Positions 18,445-29,446 are shown, counted from the stretch's first letter. The stretch is DNA of 64,000 bases from Anaerolineaceae bacterium (GCA_035543095.1 DATKKB010000076.1:10338-74337), one strand, 5' to 3'. Notes: a model not told the origin generated them from the sequence alone. A program made the numbers and translations.

Positions 18445-19416
18445 TCACACTTCGCGGGCAACGATATAATTAGCCAGGTCCTCCAGGGATTGCCGCTCTG
18501 GATTGGCAGGAAGCTTCCGCACGCTATTGAGACCGCGCTCGACGTATTGGAATGCTTCGTGCCGCGCCTCTTTGATTGCCGTGCTTTTTTGAATGGATCC
18601 GATCAAGCGGTTGATCTGCAGTTCAGAGCTGATGCAATTTCCAGCGATCAAATCCTGCACTTCCCTGTCTTCCGGATGCTGCTCGGCGTAATAGATTGTC
18701 GGGAGTGTAACCAGGCCCTGGCGCAAGTCACTCCCGACCGGTTTGCCCAACGTTTCCTGTTCTCCGGTAAAATCCAGGATGTCGTCGATGATCTGGAATG
18801 CCATTCCGATCTCGTATCCAAATCTGCGCAGGGCTTCCACTGTTGCCGGCTCGGCGTCGCTGATCATAGCTGCGGTGGCAGCGGACGTTTCGAACAGCGA
18901 GGCAGTTTTGGCGTAAATCCTTTTTTGATATTCTTCACGATTGATCTGGCAGCGGCTGGTGAATAATTGGGTGATTTCTCCGTTCACAATAACCGTTAAC
19001 GTCCGGGAAAAGAGATGCATGACCGGGAGCGAATTCGTTTCGGAAGCCAGCTTGGCCGCGCTGGCAAACAGATAATCGCCGGTCAGGACAGTTGCTCCAG
19101 GGGACCAGTGAGAATTGAGCGTGGGCATTCCTCGCCGGAGCAAGGACCCATCAATTAAATCGTCGTGGACGAGGGTTGCGGTGTGGAGGAGCTCGATCGC
19201 GGCAGAAAGCGTGATCAATCGCAGAAAATCAGCGCCTAACATCTTCCCAACCAGTAAGGTCAGGGTTGGGCGAATGCGTTTCCCACCGGCGGAGAGCAAT
19301 AAATCTAAAGCTGCGCCCAGGTCAGGATGCCTTCCATCCGCCTGGGCTCTGATCAAATCTTCTACCGCTCGGATATCCTCTTGAACCGGGATAAAAAATG
19401 AAACACTAAGGTTCAA
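18445..19416 (-). CDS. trans-polyprenyl diphosphate synthase (hepta/octaprenyl type)
   Basis: First DDxxD motif LVHDDLIDGS and second motif FQIIDDILD. 323 aa. Confidence 0.85.
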   Translation of the reverse strand: MNLSVSFFIPVQEDIRAVEDLIRAQADGRHPDLGAALDLLLSAGGKRIRPTLTLLVGKMLGADFLRLITLSAAIELLHTATLVHDDLIDGSLLRRGMPTLNSHWSPGATVLTGDYLFASAAKLASETNSLPVMHLFSRTLTVIVNGEITQLFTSRCQINREEYQKRIYAKTASLFETSAATAAMISDAEPATVEALRRFGYEIGMAFQIIDDILDFTGEQETLGKPVGSDLRQGLVTLPTIYYAEQHPEDREVQDLIAGNCISSELQINRLIGSIQKSTAIKEARHEAFQYVERGLNSVRKLPANPERQSLEDLANYIVAREV

Positions 19417-20222
19417 TCGTCAGCTCTCCATCCAAAAAATCGGTTTGCATTATGCGTAGTAATCGCTGCTGTTTCCGAAAAAGTGATTTTTTTTAGTTCA
19501 GCGATTTTTTCAGCAACGTACACAACGTATCCCGGTTCGTTTCTGCGACCACGAAAGGGGGAAGGTGTCAGATAAGGAGCATCAGTCTCGATCAAAATGT
19601 TCTCCAGAGGAAGGCGGCTGACAACGGCCTGGCGATCCATTGCATTTTGAAAAGTCACCGGTCCGCTTACGCCGATAAAAAAACCGAAGCTGATTGCCTG
19701 TAAGGCCGTATCAAGATCGCCTTCGTAGGAATGCAGCACGCCAGGATGGCTAGCAATCCCTATCTGATCACCAACAAGTTCCTGTTGCCAGGATAACAGG
19801 ATTTGCCAGAGATCCTGCAGAGATTGGCGAGAATGGATGATGACCGGCTTTTGAACCTCCTTTGCCAGGCTCAATTGAGCCAGGAAAATCTCCATCTGGA
19901 GGTGCCGCGGGGAAGAATCGCGGTAATAATCAAGCCCAATTTCACCGATTGCAACCACTCCGGGCTTAAGCGCCAGTTCTTTCAGCTCGGATAGGCTGTC
20001 TTCATTCCAGGTTGCAGCATCGTTTGGATGAATGCCGACTGCAGCAGACAAAATCGGATATTCTTTACTGAGCTGCACAGCCCGGCGGCTCGATTCCAGG
20101 TCGACGCCTGGAACGAGGATGCGGGCTACGTCTCGTTGAATGGCGCGATCAAGGACCTCTGGTAAATCGTTTTCAAATAAGTTAAGGTTCAGATGGCAAT
20201 GACTGTCGACAAGAACGTCCAC
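19413..20222 (-). CDS. tatD: TatD-family metal-dependent hydrolase
   Basis: VDSHCHL, GEIGLDY and the ETDAPYLTP motif. Confidence 0.85.
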   Translation of the reverse strand: MDVLVDSHCHLNLNLFENDLPEVLDRAIQRDVARILVPGVDLESSRRAVQLSKEYPILSAAVGIHPNDAATWNEDSLSELKELALKPGVVAIGEIGLDYYRDSSPRHLQMEIFLAQLSLAKEVQKPVIIHSRQSLQDLWQILLSWQQELVGDQIGIASHPGVLHSYEGDLDTALQAISFGFFIGVSGPVTFQNAMDRQAVVSRLPLENILIETDAPYLTPSPFRGRRNEPGYVVYVAEKIAELKKITFSETAAITTHNANRFFGWRADD

Positions 20223-21644
20223 TTAAGAAAGTCCTGCAATCTTCAACCCGTCCCGTAACAAGCCCTGGACTCGGTCATTGGATGTTGTTTCACAATACAC
20301 ACGCATGATGGGTTCGGTTCCGGAAAACCGGATTAAAAGCCATCCCCCGTCTTCTAGTAAAAACTTGTAGCCATCCAAAGAATTCAGACCAAGCACTTTG
20401 AGCCCGCCGATCGTTGCCGGGTGGGCGGAAAGGATCATTTCTTCGCGCACTTTGCGATCGCCGGTAAAGCTGCGGTCGACCCGGTCATAATAATGTGGTC
20501 CCACCTTCGAAAAGAGTAGATCAAGCAACTGCGAAGGTTTGAGGTTAAGCTTGACCATCATGTCCAGGATATAAAGCCCCGCCAGGATGCCGTCGCGCTC
20601 GGGCACGTTACCGCGGAACGCATACCCGCCCGACTCCTCTCCTCCGATCATGGCGTTGGTTTCGAGCATTTTGGGTGCAACGTATTTGAAGCCGACCCCG
20701 GTCTCGTACACGGGGACGTTAAAGAGCTTTCCTAATTCTTCGAGCATGCTCGTGGTGGACAACGTTTTAACAATCGGGCCCCGTTCTCCACGGACTTCCA
20801 GCAAATATAACGCGAGTAAGGCATAGACCTGGAGCTGATTGATAAATCGTCCGTTTTCGTCGCCAAGGCCCAGCCGGTCTGCATCTCCATCGGTAACCAG
20901 CAGTACGTCTGCTTTCAAATCAACAGTTGATTTCAGGCCGACGTTGATATTGGGAGGGATTGGTTCGGGCCGGAGCATTTCCGGAAAAATCGGGTTGCGT
21001 TGATTGTGGATCTCGTAGACTTCTGTTTTATCACCTTCCAGTAAGCGCGGGAACCAGCCGGCTCCATTACCCCACATCGGATCGACCATGATCTTTAACC
21101 CGGCTTTGCGCAGGGGATCGAGGTCGATCAAATCATGTAAATGTTCGATATAATTCGGGGCTGGATCGAATTTAACCAGCAAACCGTTCGATTGCGCCTG
21201 TGAAGCCTGCATTCGTTTCACCGGGCCCTCCGTGTCCGGAATCAGGCTTTCAATTTCCGATAGACCTTCGGGAGGAATTGCTCCGCCGAATTCGTTGCGG
21301 ACTTTGTAGCCGTTATCAACGGGTGGGTTGTGGGAGGCAGTGATATTGAGCGCCCCAGCGGCATTTTTATCTACGACAGAATATGCAATCACAGGTGTGG
21401 GTGTGGCGCCATCTGTCAGAAAAACGTGGAGACCATTGCCTGCCAGAACTTCAGCCGCAGCGCGGGCAAAATGCTCGCTCAGAAAGCGCTTATCGTGGCC
21501 GACGACGATCCATTCACCTTTTTTCCCGTGGTTTTTGAGGTAATCGGCGAAACCTTGAGTGCAGCGGCGCACATTTGTGAAAGTGTAATCTTCTGCGATC
21601 GCTCCGCGCCAACCATCAGTGCCAAAATGAATGATCTGAGCCAT
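20223..21644 (-). CDS. phosphoglucomutase/phosphomannomutase family protein
   Basis: FGTDGWRG, active-site TASHNPP, DGDADR and GGEESGG. The start is placed at the ATG at 21644, after GGGAGA. Confidence 0.85.
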   Translation of the reverse strand: MAQIIHFGTDGWRGAIAEDYTFTNVRRCTQGFADYLKNHGKKGEWIVVGHDKRFLSEHFARAAAEVLAGNGLHVFLTDGATPTPVIAYSVVDKNAAGALNITASHNPPVDNGYKVRNEFGGAIPPEGLSEIESLIPDTEGPVKRMQASQAQSNGLLVKFDPAPNYIEHLHDLIDLDPLRKAGLKIMVDPMWGNGAGWFPRLLEGDKTEVYEIHNQRNPIFPEMLRPEPIPPNINVGLKSTVDLKADVLLVTDGDADRLGLGDENGRFINQLQVYALLALYLLEVRGERGPIVKTLSTTSMLEELGKLFNVPVYETGVGFKYVAPKMLETNAMIGGEESGGYAFRGNVPERDGILAGLYILDMMVKLNLKPSQLLDLLFSKVGPHYYDRVDRSFTGDRKVREEMILSAHPATIGGLKVLGLNSLDGYKFLLEDGGWLLIRFSGTEPIMRVYCETTSNDRVQGLLRDGLKIAGLS

Positions 21645-21769
21645 GGTGTCTCCCAATGTGATATTCCTAACAAGCACTGCTATTATATCAGGGGATTGGT
21701 TTACGGAGAAGTTTGATCGTTCTACAACATGCTATAATAAAAATTCGAAATGATCGAGGGAGCATTAAC

Positions 21770-22945
21770 ATGAATATTGGTACAGATCAGCCCGTTTACC
21801 TGGATTATGCAGCAACTACTCCCGTAGATGAGCGCGTTTTAGCCGTAATGTTGCCTTATTTTACAGATTTCTACGGGAATCCCAGCTCAATTCATTATTT
21901 TGGCCAACAGGCCGAACGCGCCCTGGAGAACGCCCGCCGGGTGGTTGCCGAATGCTTGAATGCCCGCAACGACGAAATTATTTTTACTGCCTGCGGAACG
22001 GAAAGCGACAACCTGGCGCTGCGTGGGGTGGCTTTCGCCCAACGCAAGCTCAAAAATGCGAATCATATCCTGATCAGCCCGGTTGAGCACCATGCGGTTG
22101 CGAATACGGCTCGCCAATTAGCCGAAGAATTTGGCTTTGAGGTTGAGTTTTTGCCGGTCGATGAGTTTGGCCGCGTAGACCCGAATGACGTCACGGCCAT
22201 GATTAGGCCGGAAACTGCCCTGGTATCCGTTATTTACGCCAACAATGAAATCGGGACGATCAATCCGGTTTCCCAGATTGGATTGATTTGCCATCAAAAG
22301 GGCATTCCATTTCACACGGATGCTGTCCAGGCCGCCGCCCACTTACCCATAGACGTGCAGGCCGATCTAGTCGACCTGCTGTCCGTCGGAGGGCACAAGC
22401 TTTACGGACCCAAAGGAGTCGGCGCTCTGTACGTGCGCCGCGGAACCCCGATCATGCCGGTTGAAACGGGTGGCAAGCAGGAAGGCGGACTGCGAGCCGG
22501 CACTCAGAACGTACCTTATATCGTTGGTATGGCGGAGGCTTTTCAATTGGCACAAATTGAACGCCAGTCCAGGGCTGGGCAACTGGTGCCACTACGCGAT
22601 CACCTCATCGAGCGAATTTTGGCCGTCGTTCCAAGGGCTCGCCTGACCGGGCATCCAGTGGAGCGCCTTCCAAACCACGCCAGCTTTGTTTTTGAAAAAG
22701 TAGACGGGAATTTGTTACTGATGTTGCTGAATGAAGCCGGTTTTGCCTGCTCTTCTGGATCCGCCTGCAAGGTCGGGGCGCCGGAGCCTTCCGAAATCCT
22801 GACTGCGATCGGCCTCTCGCGCAACTGGTCCCTGGGGTCGCTCAGATTAACTCTAGGTCGCCAGACAACCCTGGAACATGTTGACCGGCTGATCAATGTT
22901 TTGCCTTCCCTGGTTGAAAAGACCCGCACTTTACAGGTAACTTGA
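21770..22945 (+). CDS. cysteine desulfurase (NifS/IscS class V aminotransferase)
   Basis: YLDYAATTP, PLP-lysine motif SVGGHKLYGPKG and SSGSAC active-site Cys loop. The start is the ATG at 21770, after GAGGGAG. It overlaps mnmA by 4 nt, a known functional pairing for sulfur relay to tRNA. Confidence 0.85.
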   Translation: MNIGTDQPVYLDYAATTPVDERVLAVMLPYFTDFYGNPSSIHYFGQQAERALENARRVVAECLNARNDEIIFTACGTESDNLALRGVAFAQRKLKNANHILISPVEHHAVANTARQLAEEFGFEVEFLPVDEFGRVDPNDVTAMIRPETALVSVIYANNEIGTINPVSQIGLICHQKGIPFHTDAVQAAAHLPIDVQADLVDLLSVGGHKLYGPKGVGALYVRRGTPIMPVETGGKQEGGLRAGTQNVPYIVGMAEAFQLAQIERQSRAGQLVPLRDHLIERILAVVPRARLTGHPVERLPNHASFVFEKVDGNLLLMLLNEAGFACSSGSACKVGAPEPSEILTAIGLSRNWSLGSLRLTLGRQTTLEHVDRLINVLPSLVEKTRTLQVT

Positions 22946-24018
22946 TGATCGTCTTACCCAAAGTAGCTGTAGCAATGAGCGGCGGGGTGGACAGCTCTGT
23001 CGCCGCAGCGTTGCTTGTGGCTGAAGGCTATCCTGTTATCGGGATCATGCTTCGCCTGTGGAGCGAGCCGGGCGCTGAAAACGAGAATCGCTGTTGCACG
23101 CCCGACGCCATGGCGCAAGCGAGACGCGTAGCGGCCCAACTGGGCATCCAGTTTTACGCTATCGATGCGCGCCAGCGCTTCCACGATACTGTTGTGCAGA
23201 CGTTCCTTTCTGGTTACGTCCAAGGCCTAACCCCCAATCCATGTGTGGTCTGCAACCGGCTGATCCGCTGGGGCCTGCTGCTGGATACGGCGTTAGCCAT
23301 GGGCGCTGAAAAAATGGCCACCGGCCATTATGCACGCCTGCGAACGTTGGAGGACGGTACGGTTCAACTCTTGAAAGGGATCGATCCACGCAAGGACCAG
23401 TCATACATATTAAGCAGCCTGAGCCAGGACCAGTTAAACCATGCGCTTTTACCATTGGGTGAATACCAAAAATCGCAGGTGCGCGAGCTTGCTCGTAATT
23501 TCGGGCTGCCTGTTGCCGAGAGGTCCGAGAGCCAGGATTTGTGTTTTCTGGCCGGGCAGGATTATCGCCAGTTTTTAGGACGCCACGCGCCGGAAGCGCT
23601 CAAGCCCGGACCAATCGTCGACCGCCGCGGATCCATTTTGGGAGAACACCGGGGATTGGCCTTCTACACGGTGGGGCAACGTAAAGGGATTGGGATTGCA
23701 TTTCCGGAACCCCTGTACGTCCTGAACAAGGATATGCACACCAACACATTGGTAGTTGGCCCGGTCTCCGAATTGGGTCAGGATACGCTGCAGGCGCACC
23801 ACGTGAATTGGACTTCCGGCAGCGTTCCCCAGGGTCCATTTCCGGCTGACGTAAAGATCCGCTATAAAGCTGAGCTGGCGCGGGCAACTATATTTCCGCT
23901 GGAGGGCGATCAGGCCAGGCTCGTTTTCGAACATCCCATGCGGGATATTACTCCCGGCCAATTAGTCGTGTTTTATAATAATGAGATGGTAGTAGGCGGC
24001 GGCTTGATCGCAAGGTAG
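22942..24018 (+). CDS. mnmA: tRNA-specific 2-thiouridylase MnmA
   Basis: PP-loop VAMSGGVDSSVAA, NPCVVCN and KDQSY motifs. Confidence 0.9.
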   Translation: MMIVLPKVAVAMSGGVDSSVAAALLVAEGYPVIGIMLRLWSEPGAENENRCCTPDAMAQARRVAAQLGIQFYAIDARQRFHDTVVQTFLSGYVQGLTPNPCVVCNRLIRWGLLLDTALAMGAEKMATGHYARLRTLEDGTVQLLKGIDPRKDQSYILSSLSQDQLNHALLPLGEYQKSQVRELARNFGLPVAERSESQDLCFLAGQDYRQFLGRHAPEALKPGPIVDRRGSILGEHRGLAFYTVGQRKGIGIAFPEPLYVLNKDMHTNTLVVGPVSELGQDTLQAHHVNWTSGSVPQGPFPADVKIRYKAELARATIFPLEGDQARLVFEHPMRDITPGQLVVFYNNEMVVGGGLIAR

Positions 24019-24037
24019 AAAAATTGGGGAGGAACGA

Positions 24038-24316
24038 ATGCTAACCATTGCCAGTGTATTATTTGGCCTGATCGTATCCACATTGCTGGGCGCTTTACTC
24101 CATTTTTGGCGAGGAGGAGGTTTGGGGCGGTTGATTTATTACGTGTTCATAAGCTGGATCGGATTCTGGGCCGGGCATTTTGTAGGAGCGTCCTTAAATT
24201 GGACCTTTCTGAATGTTGGCCCGCTTAATCTTGGCATGGCTCTTCTGGGTAACATGCTCACGCTTGCCTTTGGGTATTGGCTCAGCCTCGTCCGTACGGA
24301 GCAAAATACAAGATGA
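24038..24316 (+). CDS. small membrane protein (3 TM segments)
   Basis: A 92-aa hydrophobic ORF that fills the gap between mnmA and trmI. No family recognised. Confidence 0.4.
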   Translation: MLTIASVLFGLIVSTLLGALLHFWRGGGLGRLIYYVFISWIGFWAGHFVGASLNWTFLNVGPLNLGMALLGNMLTLAFGYWLSLVRTEQNTR

Positions 24317-25182
24317 CCTGGAATCTGCGCGGCACCACGGCTCGCGAAGGCGATCTGGCTGAGCTGGTTGGATTGAAGCACAAGCATTTTATTGTTTCCT
24401 TGAAACAGGATGGTGAGCTGCACACTCACCGCGGAATTTTGAGGCACAATGATTTGATCGGCAAGGCCTGGGGCAGCCAGGTCTTCAGTCACAACGGAAG
24501 CCCGTTCTTTCTGCTGCAGCCCGCCCTGGCAGATTTGCTGCGCAGCCTGCCTCGTGTGACCCAGATCCTGTATCCAAAAGACATCGGATTCATCCTCGTG
24601 ACGATGGGCGTGGGTGAAGGCATGCACATTCTGGAAGCCGGCACAGGTTCCGGCTCTTTGACTTCAGCATTTGCCTATGCAGTAGGCAAGGAAGGCCACG
24701 TCACATCCTACGAAGTTCGGCCTGAGATGCAGGAAATGGCGGTAAAAAACATCACACGCCTCGGCTTGCAGGATCGAGTAACCTTTAAGCTGGGCGACAT
24801 CGGTAATGGCTTTGACGAAACCGGCGTTGACGCAATTTTTCTGGACCTGCCGAATCCTTACGATTACATTCTTAAAGTTAAATCGGCGCTCAAGATGGGT
24901 GGCTTTTTCGGCTGTATCCTCCCGACGACGAACCAGGTTACGATTTTATTACGCGAGCTGCGCCGTAGCCAGTTTGCATTCATTGAGGTTTGTGAGCTCG
25001 TCCTGCGGTATTACAAGGCGGAGCCCGACCGCTTCCGCCCAACCGATCGGATGGTTGCGCACACCGGTTTCCTGTTATTCGCTCGTCCAATTGTTATGGC
25101 AGACGAAAATGCGGTCAGCAACGAGCTCATGCAAGAAGCCGGCATTCCGGAAATAGACATTGAAGATGGGGTTGAAGAGTGA
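24313..25182 (+). CDS. trmI: tRNA (adenine58-N1)-methyltransferase TrmI/GCD14 family
   Basis: SAM motif ILEAGTGSGSLT, DAIFLDLPNP and the overall GCD14 layout. The start is placed at the ATG at 24313, overlapping the preceding stop. Confidence 0.75.
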   Translation: MTWNLRGTTAREGDLAELVGLKHKHFIVSLKQDGELHTHRGILRHNDLIGKAWGSQVFSHNGSPFFLLQPALADLLRSLPRVTQILYPKDIGFILVTMGVGEGMHILEAGTGSGSLTSAFAYAVGKEGHVTSYEVRPEMQEMAVKNITRLGLQDRVTFKLGDIGNGFDETGVDAIFLDLPNPYDYILKVKSALKMGGFFGCILPTTNQVTILLRELRRSQFAFIEVCELVLRYYKAEPDRFRPTDRMVAHTGFLLFARPIVMADENAVSNELMQEAGIPEIDIEDGVEE

Positions 25183-25784
25183 ATCAACTTTGGGATAAAT
25201 GTGGTAGTTTGACGATTGAGTCGGTTCAGGCCAGGCTGGCTGAAATCCAGGATCCGGCCTGGTATGGAGAATCGAGCATTTCTCTGCGCGAAGCAGCCGT
25301 CCTGGTGCCGTTGGTATGTGAGGATGGCATTCTTCATTTATTATTTACTCGCCGGACAGATCTCGTCCATGACCACAAGGGACAGGTCGCTTTTCCAGGA
25401 GGTTCCGTAGAGCCACAAGATTCGTCTTTGGAAGATACCGCCCTGCGCGAAACCTACGAAGAGATCGGCATACTCCCCGCGGAGATTCGTGTCCTGGGAA
25501 TGTTGCCCCTATTCAACACCATTACCGGATTCCTGATCCGTCCGGTCGTGGGCGTGATCCCCTGGCCTTATGACCTGCGTCTTTCTACCCAGGAGGTCAG
25601 CCGCGTCTTCACGATTCCGATGGCCTGGCTGGCAAATCCGGCCAACCGGATCGAAAGGAAAATGATTTTGTCGGACGGGCGCAACGAAAAAGTCGTTTTT
25701 TTTAATACTTACGATGGCGAAACCCTGTGGGGAGCGACCGCCCGCATCACGCTCAACTTTTTAGATATCCTCGTTTCAGAATAG
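25179..25784 (+). CDS. NUDIX hydrolase, CoA pyrophosphatase subfamily
   Basis: LLFTRRTDLVHDHKGQVAFPGG (NuCoA motif LLTxR...HxGQxxFPGG) followed by ALRETYEEIGI. Confidence 0.7.
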   Translation: MNQLWDKCGSLTIESVQARLAEIQDPAWYGESSISLREAAVLVPLVCEDGILHLLFTRRTDLVHDHKGQVAFPGGSVEPQDSSLEDTALRETYEEIGILPAEIRVLGMLPLFNTITGFLIRPVVGVIPWPYDLRLSTQEVSRVFTIPMAWLANPANRIERKMILSDGRNEKVVFFNTYDGETLWGATARITLNFLDILVSE

Positions 25785-25825
25785 GATTGTACTTTTCTTT
25801 GAAGGCGGATTATTTTTCTGACAAT

Positions 25826-25859
25826 AAAAAAAACCCCGAAGAAATTCGGGGTTTTTTTT
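25826..25859. terminator. bidirectional rho-independent terminator
   Basis: A8-CCCCGAA-GAAA-TTCGGGG-T8, between a convergent NUDIX gene and rplY. Confidence 0.75.
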
Positions 25860-25878
25860 AATCGAAATTGGAAGAAAT

Positions 25879-26538
25879 TTACTTCTTGGCTTCTTCTTCG
25901 CCTTCCTCTTCTTCCTTCTTGCCCTTCTCAATTACTTCTGGTTCTTCGGTAGCAGCAACCTCGGCCACAACCTCTTCTTCTTCGGCTGCCTGGGCAGTCA
26001 CAATTGCGATCATTTCATCCGGATTATCCAGAATCTGGACATTTTCGGAGAGCTGGATATCGCGCACATAAATACCGTCGCCAATTTTCGCCAGACGGGC
26101 AATATCAACCACAACCCGCTCCGGCAGGTACTGCGGCAGGCATTCTACTTCCACCCGGTCCATGCCGGTGACGACCACCCCGTTGAAGTCCTTGACGGCT
26201 GGCGATACACCTTGCAGTTCGATCCCAACTTTGGCCCGGATTTTCTCGGTCAGCGAGACGACCTGGAAATCGACGTGCTTGAGGGTGCCGAGTATGTAAT
26301 CGCGCTGTTTTTCGCGTACCAGGGCTGCGTGTTCCTTGCCATCCAGTTCGATCGTGACCAGGCTCGAGCTGGTCAATCCGCTCAGCATCCGGGTGGCATC
26401 GCGCAAGTCGAGCGAAATTGAAGTGGAATCGATGTTATGTCCGTACATGATTCCTGGTAGCTTACCTTCCCGCCGCAGGGCATTCACCTGTTTCCCGGTT
26501 ACTGTGCGGTGGGTTGCGTGCAGTACTGCTTTTTCCAT
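25879..26538 (-). CDS. rplY: 50S ribosomal protein L25/Ctc with an acidic C-terminal tail
   Basis: LRREGKLPGIMYG, the Ctc-type two-domain length (219 aa) and an E/K-rich tail. Confidence 0.85.
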   Translation of the reverse strand: MEKAVLHATHRTVTGKQVNALRREGKLPGIMYGHNIDSTSISLDLRDATRMLSGLTSSSLVTIELDGKEHAALVREKQRDYILGTLKHVDFQVVSLTEKIRAKVGIELQGVSPAVKDFNGVVVTGMDRVEVECLPQYLPERVVVDIARLAKIGDGIYVRDIQLSENVQILDNPDEMIAIVTAQAAEEEEVVAEVAATEEPEVIEKGKKEEEEGEEEAKK

Positions 26539-26618
26539 TCTTCCATCCTTTGAGCGCCTCTCACCTCTCTAAAAAGGTTACCCTCGCTCGATTGTAAAAT
26601 TTCGGCTCACGCCGATAA

Positions 26619-27158
26619 TCAACGAACCTTTATTAATCGGAACAGGCTCATCACGAGCCCCAAGGCCATTCCGGCTGCCAGACCAAAAAGAGCCACGCTG
26701 CGCTGATCGACAACCGTCTCGACCGGGGCGTGAGTATCACCGGCGATCATGATGACCGCTTTGATCTTGCCGCCATGAACTTCGCGGCTCACCACAAGCC
26801 CCGTCTGGCCTTCACCTAACGTGGCTGATTGGCTGATCAGCATCCCAACGTTTCCATTGACCGTGGCCTCATTTGAGCTTGCCACACCGATCCCGCCGTT
26901 TGTAAAATTGATCGCATTGGAGGACGAGATCAGCACGCCGCTGTTTCGGACGTTGATGTTTTGACCGTGGGCGGTTTGGATCACGCCGTTATTAAAATCA
27001 ATGCTTTCCGCCGTAACCTGGTTGACAGAACACTGGCTCAAGCGCACCACCTCAGCTTCAACGCAGTTAACCGGCGCGTTAGCCAGGTTGTACGCCTCGT
27101 TTTTCGTGGGTTCTGGATTACTTTGATTTGATTCGCTGCTCATTTCAGGTTCACTCAT
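26619..27158 (-). CDS. hypothetical protein with a beta-helix-like repeat region and a C-terminal TM anchor
   Basis: 179 aa. Gly/Asn/Val-rich repeats are reminiscent of bactofilin-type beta-helices. A hydrophobic tail (LFGLAAGMALGLVMSLF) ends the protein. Confidence 0.35.
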   Translation of the reverse strand: MSEPEMSSESNQSNPEPTKNEAYNLANAPVNCVEAEVVRLSQCSVNQVTAESIDFNNGVIQTAHGQNINVRNSGVLISSSNAINFTNGGIGVASSNEATVNGNVGMLISQSATLGEGQTGLVVSREVHGGKIKAVIMIAGDTHAPVETVVDQRSVALFGLAAGMALGLVMSLFRLIKVR

Positions 27159-27243
27159 GGCGGCCCTCCGTGGCTAATCTTGCAGAAAGCCTGCAAGCAA
27201 GTAACGTTTGATTTTATCCGCCTTGAACCCATTCGTCAAGGAA

Positions 27244-28419
27244 TCATTTTATTTTACCGACCAGGTCGCCGGGTGTGAATGGTCCGGGTTCGGCGATCAA
27301 AGTGCGAGCTGCATCAACCTTTTGCCAGGTATTCCAAAGCAAAACGCCTCTCACCCTCCCGTCTCGGGTGTAATACAGCACGCCTTTCCGGAAGGGCTCC
27401 TGCCAATCCTCGACAATTTCAAAGGCGGGATCTAATTCGCCTACTGCTTCATAGCCCAGGTCGAACAGGTCTGAGTAAAAAAATGACAGTTGGCTATATG
27501 GCGAAAGGTGTCCTGCCATCCCCTGGCCTGCCAGCATGCCTGAAACGTTGGCGTTATCTTCGTGTTCGACGCGCAAGCGCGTGTTCAGAGCCGGGCTGAA
27601 ATACGAGATCACGTCGCCGGCTGCGAAAATATCGGGCTTACTGGCGCGCAGGTACTCATCTACGACGACCCCGTTTTCAATCGCGAGTCCGGCCTGCTGC
27701 GCCAGCGCCACGTTCGGGCGAATCCCCAATCCTGCCACGACTGCGCCGGCATGGATTTCTGCGCCGGATTTTGTTCGCACCGTGAATTCATCCCCCTGGC
27801 TTTCAACTGCGGTCACCGATTGGTTCGGCAGGACGTCCACGCCGCGTTTGCGGTAATAATCGTTCAGGAAAAATGCGAGCTGGGGCGGAAAAATCCGGGC
27901 GCCAATTCCTTCTTCCATGAATAGAATGGTGACCTTTTTGTGCAGGTTCGCCAGGGCAGCCGCGATCTCAGAGCCAATAAACCCACCCCCAATGATCGTG
28001 AAATTTTGCTTAATTTCCGCCGCCTGGCGTAGCTTTTGGTAGCTTCGTAATGTACGAAAATAGATAATGTTTCCCGGCAACCCCGGCAGCCGGATCGGAT
28101 CGCCGCCGGTTGCCAGCAGCAGTTTTTCGTAAGAGTATTCGCGGCCCTGATCATCGAAGACGCGGTGTCGCTCCGGCTCGATCTGCTCGATCTTGCACGC
28201 AAGGTGGATCTCAGCGCCGAGGTCCACCGTTTTGCGCCAGATCCGTTCGAGCGGCCGTCCCTTCCAAAGGCCTTTTGAAAGCGGTGGCCGGTCGTAGGGA
28301 GGGTCCTTTTCAAGGCTGAAGATCCCGATGGAGCCTTTTTCATCTATTTTCCGTATACCTCGCACAGCGGCATCCGCAGCCATTCCGCCGCCAACGATCA
28401 GGTATCTATAGCCTGCCAT
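27244..28419 (-). CDS. FAD-dependent pyridine nucleotide-disulfide oxidoreductase (ferredoxin-reductase/AIF-like)
   Basis: YLIVGGGMAADAA (FAD), IIGGGFIGSEIAAAL (NAD) and AAGDV motifs. Confidence 0.75.
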   Translation of the reverse strand: MAGYRYLIVGGGMAADAAVRGIRKIDEKGSIGIFSLEKDPPYDRPPLSKGLWKGRPLERIWRKTVDLGAEIHLACKIEQIEPERHRVFDDQGREYSYEKLLLATGGDPIRLPGLPGNIIYFRTLRSYQKLRQAAEIKQNFTIIGGGFIGSEIAAALANLHKKVTILFMEEGIGARIFPPQLAFFLNDYYRKRGVDVLPNQSVTAVESQGDEFTVRTKSGAEIHAGAVVAGLGIRPNVALAQQAGLAIENGVVVDEYLRASKPDIFAAGDVISYFSPALNTRLRVEHEDNANVSGMLAGQGMAGHLSPYSQLSFFYSDLFDLGYEAVGELDPAFEIVEDWQEPFRKGVLYYTRDGRVRGVLLWNTWQKVDAARTLIAEPGPFTPGDLVGKIK

Positions 28420-28445
28420 AGAACCTCCTGTTCGATTAAAACCTG

Positions 28446-29429
28446 CTACAGGGTGACCACCTGGCCCGTGTGAGCCGATTCCAACAGCGCCAGCAACGTC
28501 GAGATATTTTGTTGGCTTTCTTCCAGCGATAGGCGAGGGGATTTGCCATCCAGAATCGCAGATTCCATGTCCTCGATTTCACCTTTGTATAATTCCATTT
28601 CAGGGAAAAAGAACCTCTCTTCGTGATTTTCGGATCGCAAAATGACCGGGACTTCCGGATTGCCGGGTTTGAAAGGACTCAACACGGTTATCGTGCCCTT
28701 TGTGCCTCTAATCTCCATCAGGGTCTGGTAGGGCAGGCCAAAGCTGCAGTAAAACTGGGCCATGATCCCGTTTGGGTATTTCATGTGACCGCTGAAGGTC
28801 AAATCTACCCCTGATTTTGAGAATAACTGGAATCCGTGCATGTGTGTCGGGGCAAAACCTGCCACCATATTGCTGTATGAGACCGGGTAACAGCCGATAT
28901 CCCACAGGCTTCCGCCGCCGTTTTCAGGGATCCAACGGATATCCTCCGGCCGGTTAAGCGTGAACGAAAACATCCCATTGATAAAAAGGACTTCCCCCAC
29001 CTGGCCGGAATCGACCAAATCCTGTACTTTCAAAGTCTGAGGGTGATGCCTGTACATGAAGGCTTCAGCAACGACGCGTTGGCTGGTGATTGCAGTATCC
29101 CTGATGGCCTGGACTTCGTCGGAGGTAATTGCCAGCGGCTTTTCCAATAAAACGTGCTTGCCGGCTTTCACAGATTTGATCGCCCATTCTGCATGCAGGT
29201 GATTCGGCAGTGGGATATATATGACGTCTACGCCTGGGTCGTTCAATAATTCTTCGTAAGATCCGTGCACCCTGGGAATGCTCCACTCCCGGGCAAACTT
29301 CCTGGCATGGTCAAGCGACCGGCTGCCGACTGCAACCAGCTCGCTCCGTCTGGCAGCCAGGATTCCTGGGATCACGCTGCGGTTGATGCGAGCGGTGCTC
29401 AATAAACCCCATCTGATTTTTTCGGCCAT
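28446..29429 (-). CDS. Gfo/Idh/MocA-family NAD(P)-dependent oxidoreductase
   Basis: N-terminal Rossmann fold (IRWGLLSTARI) and the EKP motif (VLLEKPLA). Confidence 0.8.
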   Translation of the reverse strand: MAEKIRWGLLSTARINRSVIPGILAARRSELVAVGSRSLDHARKFAREWSIPRVHGSYEELLNDPGVDVIYIPLPNHLHAEWAIKSVKAGKHVLLEKPLAITSDEVQAIRDTAITSQRVVAEAFMYRHHPQTLKVQDLVDSGQVGEVLFINGMFSFTLNRPEDIRWIPENGGGSLWDIGCYPVSYSNMVAGFAPTHMHGFQLFSKSGVDLTFSGHMKYPNGIMAQFYCSFGLPYQTLMEIRGTKGTITVLSPFKPGNPEVPVILRSENHEERFFFPEMELYKGEIEDMESAILDGKSPRLSLEESQQNISTLLALLESAHTGQVVTL

Positions 29430-29446
29430 CTTGCCCTTCCTTTTAT

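Noticed and set aside
25879-25990. The Glu/Lys-rich low-complexity 3' end of rplY as a repeat element.
   Set aside because: It is in frame and continuous with the L25/Ctc gene. Acidic C-terminal tails occur on Ctc-type L25 proteins.
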